Positions 27,997-37,379 of a DNA stretch of 45,262 nucleotides are shown in pieces. The notes beneath the pieces were generated by a model. It saw only the letters and a list, made by a program, of their open reading frames with translations. It was not told the DNA's origin and did not search any database. Location of the stretch: contig JANLSU010000033.1 in NCBI GenBank assembly GCA_031362565.1, positions 1 through 45,262 of the forward strand, written 5' to 3'. This stretch comes from a bacterium (GTDB taxonomy: Bacteria > Krumholzibacteriota > Krumholzibacteriia > G020349025). Position 1 is the stretch's first letter. The number at the start of each line of letters is the position of its first letter. Position numbers and translations under genes: made by a program.

Positions 27997-28356
27997 CTAC
28001 TTCACCTCCGCCTTCGCCGGCCGTACGATCTTCAGGTCCGGATTGCACTGCAGGCACTGACTCTCCGGCAGTCCGTGCTCGCCGCACCAATCGCCGGTTG
28101 CCTTGAAAGCCGCGACGAGCGTCGGATTACAGCGCGTGCAAAGCGACTCCTGGACCCCGTGCTTTGCGCACCAATCCTCGTACGATCCAGGTGTGACGCT
28201 GGCGTCGGCATGAATCGCGTCGCCCTTGGCGGGCGCCGGGACCGCGTCCGAGGCCTCAGGCGGGGTCTTCTTCCCCGGCTCCGAGCGCTCCCCACCGCAT
28301 CCGATCAGGACGGCCAGTGTCACGAACACCAACCGGCTTCCATACTTCGTTCGCAT
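27997..28356 (-). CDS. Small lipoprotein consisting of the tandem Cys/His domain
   Basis: Lipobox LIGC; WCAKHGVQESLCTRCNP...WCGEHGLPESQCLQCNP; GAGAGGA RBS. Confidence 0.82.
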   Translation of the reverse strand: MRTKYGSRLVFVTLAVLIGCGGERSEPGKKTPPEASDAVPAPAKGDAIHADASVTPGSYEDWCAKHGVQESLCTRCNPTLVAAFKATGDWCGEHGLPESQCLQCNPDLKIVRPAKAEVK

Positions 28357-28475
28357 GATCACATTCCTCTCACGCATGAGTCGCGACGTCCGGTACCACC
28401 GGACGACGTTGACAGACGCACTTCCTCCCGAGAGCGATGTGCCCAAGGGAGCGCGTGCGCTAGGCCGAATCGGAG

Positions 28476-28775
28476 TTATGCGATCGAAGATCGTGGAACG
28501 TGGAAGATGTCGAACGATGTGGGCAGCGTGCGATCCGTGTCGCGAGACACAAACACCGGGACGGCGAAGCGGGGGGAATCGAGGCTCGTTACGGCCGCCG
28601 GCATGAACACCTGCGACGCAAAGCAGCAATGGCACGAAGCGCACGGCGGTGGCATGAGACCGGAATCCGTCGAGGCGCATTCCTGAGCGCAATCGTCGCC
28701 ACAGGCGAACCCCTGGATGCCCAGGACTTGGGTGGCGAAAAGGGCCAGGAAGAGTATGGCGAGGACCTTCATCAT
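28476..28775 (-). CDS. Small exported Cys-rich protein heading the second HME operon (CzcI/DUF2946-like)
   Basis: MMKVLAILFLALFATQVLG...CGDDCAQEC...CASCHCC...DIFHVPR. Confidence 0.7.
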   Translation of the reverse strand: MMKVLAILFLALFATQVLGIQGFACGDDCAQECASTDSGLMPPPCASCHCCFASQVFMPAAVTSLDSPRFAVPVFVSRDTDRTLPTSFDIFHVPRSSIA

Positions 28776-28992
28776 TCCGGCCTGCTTCTCCGAGCGTCGG
28801 GATATTCCTCGAAACCACGCGGCGATGATCGGTGGCGCCACCTTCGACCCAGTATAGCCTGCGGCCCCACGAACGACTACCCCAAAGAGACCCTCAGTGG
28901 ACATGGCGATGATGCGCGTCGGGGAGCCCCACGGCTCTTTCTTGGACGGGCCTGACAGGCTCCGGCCGATGTCGATGGCTGGCCGCCCGCGC

Positions 28993-30240
28993 TCAAGCGT
29001 GGCCGCCGCGTTCGACGATCAACCCCAGCGCCGCTTCGTTCACCCATTCGCGGTCGTGGAAGCTTTGGCCCCACATGACCGGGGTGACCTCGGGATATTC
29101 GTGCACCGACTCGTCCGCGACGAAGCGCAGGCGCTTGCGCAACGAGGCACGCGCGTTCGGATCGGCGCCGTGGTCCAAGAAGATCCGTGCGAAGCCATCA
29201 TCCGTCCGCAACGCCGTCCGGTAGGTCTGCGAGACCACGCACCCGAATAGCGGTGTGTGGCCGCCAAACCCATCCGCATCCACGGCGCCCTTGGCATTCA
29301 CGTCGGCGCCGCGCGCCATCAGCCAGCGCGCGATTTCGATCTCCTCGTAGTCAGCGCACAGGTGCAGCAAGGTCCCGCCCGCAACCGGCGTTCCGTGCAA
29401 GGCCAAGGACTCGTCGGCATGACAGCCGAGTTCCGGCGGGAAGATGTCGTGATGCGAAAACGTGCGGCCGAGGAGCGCCGGATCACGGCGCAGATGGGCC
29501 TCGAGAAGATCGATGCGCCCGCGGTGGACGGCCATGGGTGGCGTGTCCGGGAGCGCGATGCCGTTGGCGTCGCACAGTTCGAGACACTCATGTTTGCCCT
29601 GTGGATCGCGGCTGTATGTTTCAAGAAGCATCGCCACCGGAGCCACCCGGCTGCCCTCGGCATCACGCAATTCGGCGCCGAGTTCGAGAACAAGCGCCAG
29701 TCCGGCAGAATTCTGTGTCTCGCATGGACCCATAGCGGCATCCGGCCCGGGCCGCGCGCCCATGGCGTACAGAGAGCGTGCCGTCTCGAGCTGGCCCTGC
29801 AAACACGCCCGGTCGAACGCTGGCTGCAGATCAGTTGCACCCCGCTCGCGGAGCATGGCGATGATGCGATCCCGCCCGAGGTTCGCCGCGTACGACATCG
29901 GCGGACCCCAGTTGCTCGGACAACCACGCGCGTCCTCGTGCAGCAGCTGCGGGTGCTTCACTACGAGATCGCGCACCGCCTGCAGGTCGTCGCGCCAGAG
30001 GGCGTCGGTCATGCGGCACGCCAGCACGAGACGCGGCCACGTTGTGATGCCGTACAAACGCGCCAAGACGAGCTGCGCGTCGGCAAGCTTCGCCTGGCTG
30101 GCCTCGATTCGTGCCGGATGATGCTTGGCGAGCGCCGCAATGGCGGTCGCATCCTGGCTCTGCAGCGCGCGGAGGAGCTCTTTCGCTTGGTGCTTGAGCT
30201 GTTCCAAATCGGGCCGGACAGGAAAGTGACGATCGGCCAT
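28993..30240 (-). CDS. Ankyrin-repeat protein with N-terminal P-x-LEQLKHQAK helical domain
   Basis: FPVRPDLEQLKHQAKELL...AQLVLARLYGITTWPRL; GGTLLHLCADY...GADVNA, GHTPLF, GADPNA; GAAGGAGG RBS. Confidence 0.85.
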   Translation of the reverse strand: MADRHFPVRPDLEQLKHQAKELLRALQSQDATAIAALAKHHPARIEASQAKLADAQLVLARLYGITTWPRLVLACRMTDALWRDDLQAVRDLVVKHPQLLHEDARGCPSNWGPPMSYAANLGRDRIIAMLRERGATDLQPAFDRACLQGQLETARSLYAMGARPGPDAAMGPCETQNSAGLALVLELGAELRDAEGSRVAPVAMLLETYSRDPQGKHECLELCDANGIALPDTPPMAVHRGRIDLLEAHLRRDPALLGRTFSHHDIFPPELGCHADESLALHGTPVAGGTLLHLCADYEEIEIARWLMARGADVNAKGAVDADGFGGHTPLFGCVVSQTYRTALRTDDGFARIFLDHGADPNARASLRKRLRFVADESVHEYPEVTPVMWGQSFHDREWVNEAALGLIVERGGHA

Positions 30241-30372
30241 GACGGACCTCCTTCGTCGGGTGCCCGCGGTCCGCTCGCGTCGGGCGCAAAGGAGGTTCGT
30301 GTGAACCCTGCGACTTGTCTGCAGATCAGGTGGACTCAGTCCTGTCCGCGGACCGGAGGCGTCCTGCACGCC
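30241..30372 (-). ncRNA. Candidate structured cis-regulatory 5' leader
   Basis: Several hairpins, a long-range GGTCCGC/GCGGACC stem, and an anti-SD ACCTCCTT complementary to the SD AAGGAGGT. Starts at the predicted TSS of TTGCTC-N18-TACGCT. Confidence 0.5.
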
Positions 30373-30505
30373 GCCACGAGCGTAGCGCGGCCGCCGCGCC
30401 GCGAGCAACCCCAACCTTGCCCCGCCGACGGTCGACGCGACTTGCGTCAACGCGCGCCGGCGAGTATTCTTCGGCCAGCCAGCCGGAACCCGGAAGCCCT
30501 TTTTG

Positions 30506-31132
30506 ATGCGACAGGCTTGGATCGTCTCCTTGCTGCTTGCCAGCCCCGTGGCCGCTGCGGCGGCAGATCCCCTCTACGAAATTGGCGCCGCTTTAGGAGC
30601 GTTCTCCGAAAATGAAGTCCAACAGGCCTACCCGCGCGACTTTGGGTTGTCCGGGTCGATTGGCGCGCGGGGCCGGTTCCAAGTCTTGACGGGCTTCGTG
30701 GAGGCCGGTTTTGCCACCGCATCCACCGATCACTACCGCGATCCGACGTTCGATTTCGGCCCCACCCGTTACTGGATCATGCCGGTGCTGTGCGGATTTC
30801 GCGCCAACCTGGAGGCCCCGAACCGCCCGGGAATCAGCCGGTTCGACCTTGGAATGGCGGCGGTCATCGCACTCACACACTGGGACGATGTCTTCGGCAC
30901 GAACCACTCCGAAAGCACGTGGGGGTTCGCATTCGACGCCGGCCCGGGATGGGCGGTCAATGAACGCTGGGGCGTTTGGCTCCGGGCCCGCGTGATGCTG
31001 CTCGCACCAACGAGTTACGGCGACGCAGTGGGGAGCGTCAATCATTCGCGCGCCGAGTTGCGCCTGGGGACCTGGTTCGGACGCGGTGGCACGGTGCGTC
31101 CGGATCCTCTCGCAGATCGGAGCGCACCGTGA
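30506..31132 (+). CDS. Outer-membrane beta-barrel-like hypothetical protein
   Basis: Signal peptide, alternating amphipathic strands, late ELRLGTWF. Confidence 0.6.
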   Translation: MRQAWIVSLLLASPVAAAAADPLYEIGAALGAFSENEVQQAYPRDFGLSGSIGARGRFQVLTGFVEAGFATASTDHYRDPTFDFGPTRYWIMPVLCGFRANLEAPNRPGISRFDLGMAAVIALTHWDDVFGTNHSESTWGFAFDAGPGWAVNERWGVWLRARVMLLAPTSYGDAVGSVNHSRAELRLGTWFGRGGTVRPDPLADRSAP

Positions 31133-32307
31133 AGATGCAACTTTGGCTGGTGTTGGCGATCGTCCTCGGCGCCGCGTCTCCTGCCGCTGCCCTCGCTCCC
31201 GTGCCATGCTACGGTTGCGACCTGCGATGGGATTCGCAATTCACGCTCGCGGTCCTGGACCACGCCGCGGGTCGAATGCGCTTGGTGCCAAACATCCAGT
31301 TCAGAGGCCAGTCGCGCGACTTTGCGCTCGTCATTCCGACTCCGGCGCTACCGGCATTTTCATTGGCTCCGCCGACGGTGTGGACCGAAGTCCTGAACGC
31401 GACGAGTCCGGTCTCGACCAACTCCACGAACTTTGGCTGCAACCAGCAGGTTGGGATCTCATCCCCGATACCGGCCGGCGGTGTCACGATCCATGCACAG
31501 CAGAATATTGGTGGACTCCGAACAACGGTCATTTCTTCGGGTGATCCGCAGAGTCTCGTCGATTGGCTCGGCGCCAACGGCTACGGCCTGCCGCCCGGTG
31601 ATGCGGCGCGTTTTGCGCCGTACGTCAGTCGTCATTGGTTCTTCACCGCGATGCAGCCCGATACGACGACGGCGTCGGGGCAGATGCCGCCCGAAGGCTG
31701 GAATGCGCAGATCCAGCCTATCGTGTTGACCTATGCGGCCGATACGTTCGAGGTGCCGCTCGATTTGTTGACCATCGAGACCGGATACCAAGCTCCCATC
31801 GCGGTATTTGCCATCGACGATCATCGCATGACGTTGGATGGTTTCACGACCGAATACGCGAATCGATTGAGCGCCGCGGAGTTCAGCGCCATGCAGCGCC
31901 TCTATCCCGGCCTCGCGACGTTCCTCGCACCCGGCCGCTTTCTGACCCGGCTGCAATACGTTGTCTACGGATCGGACCCACCACGTGGGTCAGTGCGACT
32001 CCACCAAGCCCCCACCGACGCGGAATTCCGGCGTACGGGGAGTTATTACGGGCTGCGGTACGCGGGTGTGGGCCCGCTGCTGCTCGTCGTCGCACTTCTC
32101 GCCGCGCGCCGCCGCGCCCGGCGCACTGGGTTGGGACGGCAGTATTCCTCATCTCGCCGAGTCGTGCCCTGGCGCACTCTTGATTCGTGCCAGTCCCTCG
32201 GTCGCGAGTTCGACCTGGGGATTCAACTCGAGCGCCCGTTGGTAGTGCAGACGAGCGCCCGGTTGGTCAGCGAGGTTCTCCAACACCAAACCCAGAAGCG
32301 CGTGTGA
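31129..32307 (+). CDS. DUF2330-like protein with C-terminal TM and basic tail
   Basis: IQFRGQSRDFALVIPTP, DPQSLVDWLGANGY, PYVSRHWFFTAM, IQPIVLTY; GTGA overlap with the upstream gene. Confidence 0.7.
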   Translation: MKMQLWLVLAIVLGAASPAAALAPVPCYGCDLRWDSQFTLAVLDHAAGRMRLVPNIQFRGQSRDFALVIPTPALPAFSLAPPTVWTEVLNATSPVSTNSTNFGCNQQVGISSPIPAGGVTIHAQQNIGGLRTTVISSGDPQSLVDWLGANGYGLPPGDAARFAPYVSRHWFFTAMQPDTTTASGQMPPEGWNAQIQPIVLTYAADTFEVPLDLLTIETGYQAPIAVFAIDDHRMTLDGFTTEYANRLSAAEFSAMQRLYPGLATFLAPGRFLTRLQYVVYGSDPPRGSVRLHQAPTDAEFRRTGSYYGLRYAGVGPLLLVVALLAARRRARRTGLGRQYSSSRRVVPWRTLDSCQSLGREFDLGIQLERPLVVQTSARLVSEVLQHQTQKRV

Positions 32308-34221
32308 ACGCGCGTCGTTGGGCGTCAATTGCACCGCTTGAACGAGGTGTTCGCGCGCCTCGGGAAACGCATTGCGGGATGCCAGCACCGAACCGAGCCG
32401 GTAGTGGGCCCCCGCCAGAGACGGCTGCAGGGAGAGCGCCAGGCGGTACTTCTCGACCGCCTCATCCGGATGTCCCTGTGAGAACAGAATGTCGCCAAGC
32501 TTCATGTGGGCTTCGGCGAACTTTGGCCGCCAGGCGAGAGCGGCAGTGATATGTTGGGCGGCTGCCTCGATCTCGCCACGCTGCGTGAGGAGCACGGCGA
32601 GGTCGTATTGCGAATCGACCATCGAAGGTTTGAGGGCGACCGCCTGGCGATACGCCTCGATCGCGCGCTCGCTCTCACCCTTCTGCTGGTAGAGGGCACC
32701 CAGGTTGGCGTGCGCCTCCGGAATCTTCGAGTTGTATTTCAACGCCTCCAGGAACGCCAGAGCGGCCTCCGCCTTGCGCCCTTGCCGCATGAAGACCACA
32801 CCCAGATTGTTGTGCGCGATCCAGGCGGCGGGATTCTTCGTCACGGTGTCCTGCCACAGTGTTTCCTCGGTGCGGTAGGCGTGCGCGCGGCTCCAGGTCA
32901 GTGCGCCGAGGGCCAGAAGCACGACCGCCGGCGCAACGCGCGTCAGAACGAGTTGCACGGTGCCAATTCCCTGGCGCCGCGCCCACAACGCCGCCGGCCC
33001 GACCGCCAGTGCGATGAGGCCAATGCAGGCGAAGTACTGGAAATGATCGCCGACAAAGGAGAAGAGCTGAAAATAGAAGCGCAGGACGCCCGACACCGGC
33101 GCCAACGTTACAACAAAGAAGAGCACCGCAACCAGCGGACCCTTGCCGAGGCGTTGGCGCCCGCGCCACAACCTGACAACGTTGTAGACGACGATGACTG
33201 GGTAAAGGAGCTGCCACCAGCTCCGCGGGTCGACGCTCCAGCGCGGATAGATGAAGTTGAGGCCGAACGGCACCAAGAGTTTGGCGGCATAGAACACTGC
33301 GACCCTGCAAGGCAGCAGGAGCCGTTCCCAGACGGAGAGCGTCAATACGTTCTCGGACCCCACATGGTATGTCTCGAGCCACCAGGTGCAGGCCCCGGAC
33401 ACGGCGGCCAACAGAAACATCGGCACGAGTGGCAGGAGATCTCGCCGCCGGAGCGCGGCGGATTTCCACCACGTCAGCAACAACAACACGACCGGCAACG
33501 TGACGGCGGTCGTCTTGCTGAGAAGCGCCAAAACGAAAAGAGCAAGTGAAAGCGCATAGAACAATCGCGGCTGCCCCACGCCGTCCGAACGTTGCGCGTC
33601 GCGCGATCGGCGCGCCGCGGTGGCCACTTCACCTGCACGCGCTTCCTGAAACCGCAAATACGCCCCGACCGACAAGAGATAGAAGAAGGCGGAAAGCAGA
33701 TTCTTGATCTCGGTGATCCACGCCACCGACTCCACCTGCAGTGGGTGGAGGCCGAAAATCGCCGCAATGAGCCACGCTCCTGGCACGGCGAGGCGCAGGA
33801 GAACCATCCAGAGCAGAATGGCGTTCGCCGCATGCAGCAGGACGTTCACCAAGTGATAGCCGTACGGACGCAGCTGCCACAGGCGGTACTCGAGCCACAG
33901 CGCCGTATGCACGAGCGGATAGTATTGCACCGTCTTGTGGGGCTCGAACCAGATACGCTGCAAGCCATCGGGGCGTACCAGGTTCGTATTCCCGACGACG
34001 TAGTCCTGATCGTCCCAGAGATATCCGGCCTGAAGTGCGGGGAGATACGCGACCACAATCATCACGGCGAGCGCCAGAATCCAAGGAATGCCGATCTTGG
34101 CCGTACGCAAGCCATCCCCCTCCCGGCGACTCGGGGACGCCCCGACTTCGCGCCTTCGTGAAGGCGCCAGGGTATCACGGTTCGAGAGTTCGATTTGGGG
34201 GTCGGGCGGGCGCGGCGCCAA
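32149..34221 (-). CDS. TMTC-like GT-C membrane protein with C-terminal TPRs
   Basis: GYLWDDQDYV, YYPL, GYHLVNVLLH, HPLQVESVAWI, LALLSK, LWQDTV..NP..W.AHNNLG, then TPRs; start uncertain. Confidence 0.8.
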   Translation of the reverse strand: MAPRPPDPQIELSNRDTLAPSRRREVGASPSRREGDGLRTAKIGIPWILALAVMIVVAYLPALQAGYLWDDQDYVVGNTNLVRPDGLQRIWFEPHKTVQYYPLVHTALWLEYRLWQLRPYGYHLVNVLLHAANAILLWMVLLRLAVPGAWLIAAIFGLHPLQVESVAWITEIKNLLSAFFYLLSVGAYLRFQEARAGEVATAARRSRDAQRSDGVGQPRLFYALSLALFVLALLSKTTAVTLPVVLLLLTWWKSAALRRRDLLPLVPMFLLAAVSGACTWWLETYHVGSENVLTLSVWERLLLPCRVAVFYAAKLLVPFGLNFIYPRWSVDPRSWWQLLYPVIVVYNVVRLWRGRQRLGKGPLVAVLFFVVTLAPVSGVLRFYFQLFSFVGDHFQYFACIGLIALAVGPAALWARRQGIGTVQLVLTRVAPAVVLLALGALTWSRAHAYRTEETLWQDTVTKNPAAWIAHNNLGVVFMRQGRKAEAALAFLEALKYNSKIPEAHANLGALYQQKGESERAIEAYRQAVALKPSMVDSQYDLAVLLTQRGEIEAAAQHITAALAWRPKFAEAHMKLGDILFSQGHPDEAVEKYRLALSLQPSLAGAHYRLGSVLASRNAFPEAREHLVQAVQLTPNDARSHALLGLVLENLADQPGARLHYQRALELNPQVELATEGLARIKSAPGHDSAR

Positions 34222-34249
34222 TGACCACCGCGCCCGCGGACAATGGATG

Positions 34250-37200
34250 TCAGGCCTCGGCTGGGTCCACGGCGGGTTCGCGGCGTGGCCGCCATGCGAT
34301 GCGCCGTACAGGCGATGTCACGAAGCGCCCGAGCCAGCCGGCGGCGCGCGCCATCGCGACACTCGAGTCCTCGACGATGGTCACGGCACTCGGCAGGAGT
34401 ACCAGCGTCAGGAACGTCGACAACGCCAGTCCACCCATCATGACGAGCGCCATCGAGTAGTAGTAAACGCCCGCCAACGTCGGTTTTTGCACCACGATCG
34501 GTACCAGCGACAGGAGCGTCGTGAGCGCCGTCATGACGATGGGGCGCAAGCGCTCGCGGCCACCTTGCATGAGCGCCTCGTGGCGCGGCATACCGGCGCG
34601 CCGGTAATTGTTGATGTGGGCGATCATGACGATGCCGTTGTTGACGACAATGCCGATGAGGAGCAGCAATCCAACTGCCGCCGGCTGGTCGAAGTCGCAA
34701 TGCGACAAGTAAAGCGTCCAGGCGGCACCCGCCAGTGCGAACGGCAAGGCAATCGTCAGTGCGATCGCCTGCCGCACCGACTCGAAGATGCTCGCCATCA
34801 GCATGAACACCAGCATGAGAGCCAGCCCGAGATTGATCAGGAATTCGTTGGCGCTCTCCTTGCGGCCGCGTTCGAACTGCCCGAAGCTACAGGAGTACCC
34901 GTACGGCAGGTCCATCCCCTGCATCGAGTCGGTCACCTTCTTGACCCAGTCTTGGCGGTTGCCTTCTTCGTAGCGTCCGCCCACCCAGACGCTCGTCATG
35001 CGGTTGTCGCGCTGAATCCGCTCGGCGCCTTTGACGACCCGGAACCGCGCGATGCTGGCGAGCGGAATGGTGGTGCCATTCGGAAGCTGCATCGGCAGGT
35101 TGTGCAATTGCGCCAGGCTTTCGCCCTGGCGCTCGTCCAATGTCAGCCGCATTTCCACTTCACCGGAGTCGGTGCGGAATTTGCGCAAGCGGCGGCCGCG
35201 GAATGTCAGACCGACGACCTGGCCGGCTTGTTCGACGGGGATTCCGTAGCGATGCGCCAGGCTGCGGTCGATGCTGACGTGCACCTCTTGCGATCCCTGC
35301 TCGTTGCTCGAGAACGAGTCATGCAGGCCCTTGATGTTGTCCAGCCGGTCGCGCGCATCCTGTGCCAGGCGCGCCAGCACGTCGGAGTCCTCGCCGCTCA
35401 ATTGGAAGGCGATCTGCTTGCCGCGATCCGGCCGTTGGAATCCGCCGCGATCCATGACCTCCAACCTGACGCCGGCCACTTGCGGCAGCGCCTTGCGAAG
35501 CCCGCCGCGAATACGGTTCATTTCGCCCTCGGTGGCTTTGCCTTCCTTGGGATAGAGACGCGTCATCGAGAACTGATCGCTCCAGAAACTGTAGATCGAA
35601 CGCAGATCGAATTCCTTGCGGAGCGGTTCGAGTGCCGCCTCGACCTGGGCCACCAGTTGTCCCTTGCGCTCCAGGCTCTGTTCCTCGCTGGCGTTGTAGT
35701 TGACCTGCACGAACATTTCGCTCTGGTTGGTGTCGAAGTTCTTGTCGATCTTCATGAACGGCCACACGGCCGAAGCCGTGATGACCAGCCCGACGACCGG
35801 CGTCAGCCAGCGGCGGCGCAGGAAGAACGCCAGCATGGCGACATAGGCCCGTTCGGTGGCGCGCATCACGCGGCCTGGCTCGACGGCCTTGGCCTTGATG
35901 AGGCGCGCGGTCGCGAGCGGAATGAACGTCTGCGTCACCAGGAGCGAGGCCACGAGCGTCACACACACCGTGAGCCCGAGCTCCTTCAGGAAGATATTCA
36001 TCTCGCTCGGCTTATTGAAAATGAGCGGCAGGAAGACGATGACCGAAGTACAGGTCGCCGCCGTAACCGCGAGCGACACTTCGGAAGCGCCGCGGCGGGC
36101 TGCTTCCCGCGCTCCAACACCCTTGCTCTGCCAGCGGAAGATGTTCTCCATCATGACGACGGCATTGTCCACCAGCATGCCGATGCCGACGATGAGCGCT
36201 AAAAGCGACAAGGTATTCAGGCTCTTGCCCTGCAGGAAGATGACCGCACACGTTGCGACGAGCGAGAACGGGATGCACACGACCGCCACCAGTGTCGTGC
36301 TGACCCGGCGCAGGAACGCGAACAAAACGAGGGACGCCAAGAGCGCCCCGATGATGCCCGTATCGCGCAGATCATGCAGCGTGCGCCGGATCTCGCGGCC
36401 CTGATTGTCCCAGACCAGAAAATTGATCCCCTGCAATTCCGGGTCATCGTGCATGGCATCGACACGCTTCACGACTTCGTCGCAGATGGCGACGGTGTTG
36501 GCGCTCGCTTCCTTGTTGACGCTGATACCGATCGCGAACTGGCCGTCCAAATGCCGGCCGTATTCGAGCGGCGGTTCCGTGTACGTGACATCGGCGACAT
36601 CGCTTAGGTGCAGGCCGCCCGGCCCGATCGGCAGAGCGCTGATCTCGGCGACCGAGCGAAACGTGCCGACGGTGCGGAGAGTGTAGCGGGTGTCGGTATT
36701 CCGCAGCAGGCCCAGCGACTGCTCGAAGTTGTTGGACTGCAGCATGCGGACGACGTCACGCACGTCGATGTGGTGCAGTTGGAGCGCCGCCAGACGCAGA
36801 TTGACCCGCACCTCGGGCGGATTGACTCCGTCCAAGCGGACCGAAGCCACGCCCGGAATGCGTTCCAGCGGCCGCTTGAACTTGCGGTCCAGCAATTCAT
36901 AACTGTGGCTCAGGTCCTTGGGCGACGCCACCCGGCCCTCGAGCACCGTCTCGGCGTTCTCGCGCGCATCCCAACCGCTCGAAACGGAGACATCACCGAT
37001 GTCATCCGGCAAGTCGCGTTTGACGCGGTCGACCTTGTCGCGCACCTCGACGCGCGTCAGGCTCATGTCCGCAGCCCAGTCGAACTGCAACTGCACCATG
37101 CCGCCCTCGGCGTCGCAGTTCGACCACATCGAGCGCAGGCCTTTGACGGATCCCAGCGACTCTTCGAGCGGGCGCACGATGGCGCGCTCGATCTGCTCAG

Positions 37201-37366
37201 GCGTCGAGTTGGGATACGGCACGCGGACGAACAGTACCGGTTGCTGGACTTCCGGCAGGAAGGCGACCGGCATCTTCCACACGGCGATGGCGCCTACAAC
37301 GGCGACCGACACCAACAGCATCAGAGTGGCCACCGGCCGCCGGATCGAAAACTCTGGCAGCGTCAC
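34250..37366 (-). CDS. AcrB/AcrD/AcrF-family RND permease (subunit 2)
   Basis: FSIRRPVAT, GIGMLVDNAVVMMENI, RLRPIVMTALTT; AGGAGG RBS before GTG. Confidence 0.9.
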   Translation of the reverse strand: MTLPEFSIRRPVATLMLLVSVAVVGAIAVWKMPVAFLPEVQQPVLFVRVPYPNSTPEQIERAIVRPLEESLGSVKGLRSMWSNCDAEGGMVQLQFDWAADMSLTRVEVRDKVDRVKRDLPDDIGDVSVSSGWDARENAETVLEGRVASPKDLSHSYELLDRKFKRPLERIPGVASVRLDGVNPPEVRVNLRLAALQLHHIDVRDVVRMLQSNNFEQSLGLLRNTDTRYTLRTVGTFRSVAEISALPIGPGGLHLSDVADVTYTEPPLEYGRHLDGQFAIGISVNKEASANTVAICDEVVKRVDAMHDDPELQGINFLVWDNQGREIRRTLHDLRDTGIIGALLASLVLFAFLRRVSTTLVAVVCIPFSLVATCAVIFLQGKSLNTLSLLALIVGIGMLVDNAVVMMENIFRWQSKGVGAREAARRGASEVSLAVTAATCTSVIVFLPLIFNKPSEMNIFLKELGLTVCVTLVASLLVTQTFIPLATARLIKAKAVEPGRVMRATERAYVAMLAFFLRRRWLTPVVGLVITASAVWPFMKIDKNFDTNQSEMFVQVNYNASEEQSLERKGQLVAQVEAALEPLRKEFDLRSIYSFWSDQFSMTRLYPKEGKATEGEMNRIRGGLRKALPQVAGVRLEVMDRGGFQRPDRGKQIAFQLSGEDSDVLARLAQDARDRLDNIKGLHDSFSSNEQGSQEVHVSIDRSLAHRYGIPVEQAGQVVGLTFRGRRLRKFRTDSGEVEMRLTLDERQGESLAQLHNLPMQLPNGTTIPLASIARFRVVKGAERIQRDNRMTSVWVGGRYEEGNRQDWVKKVTDSMQGMDLPYGYSCSFGQFERGRKESANEFLINLGLALMLVFMLMASIFESVRQAIALTIALPFALAGAAWTLYLSHCDFDQPAAVGLLLLIGIVVNNGIVMIAHINNYRRAGMPRHEALMQGGRERLRPIVMTALTTLLSLVPIVVQKPTLAGVYYYSMALVMMGGLALSTFLTLVLLPSAVTIVEDSSVAMARAAGWLGRFVTSPVRRIAWRPRREPAVDPAEA

Positions 37367-37379
37367 GACGTTCGCCTCC

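Noticed and set aside
27725..28173. CPICH in the adaptor as a heme c attachment site
   Set aside because: The other three repeat units end CxxCN, so the His is not conserved, and a Cys3His metal site fits all four.
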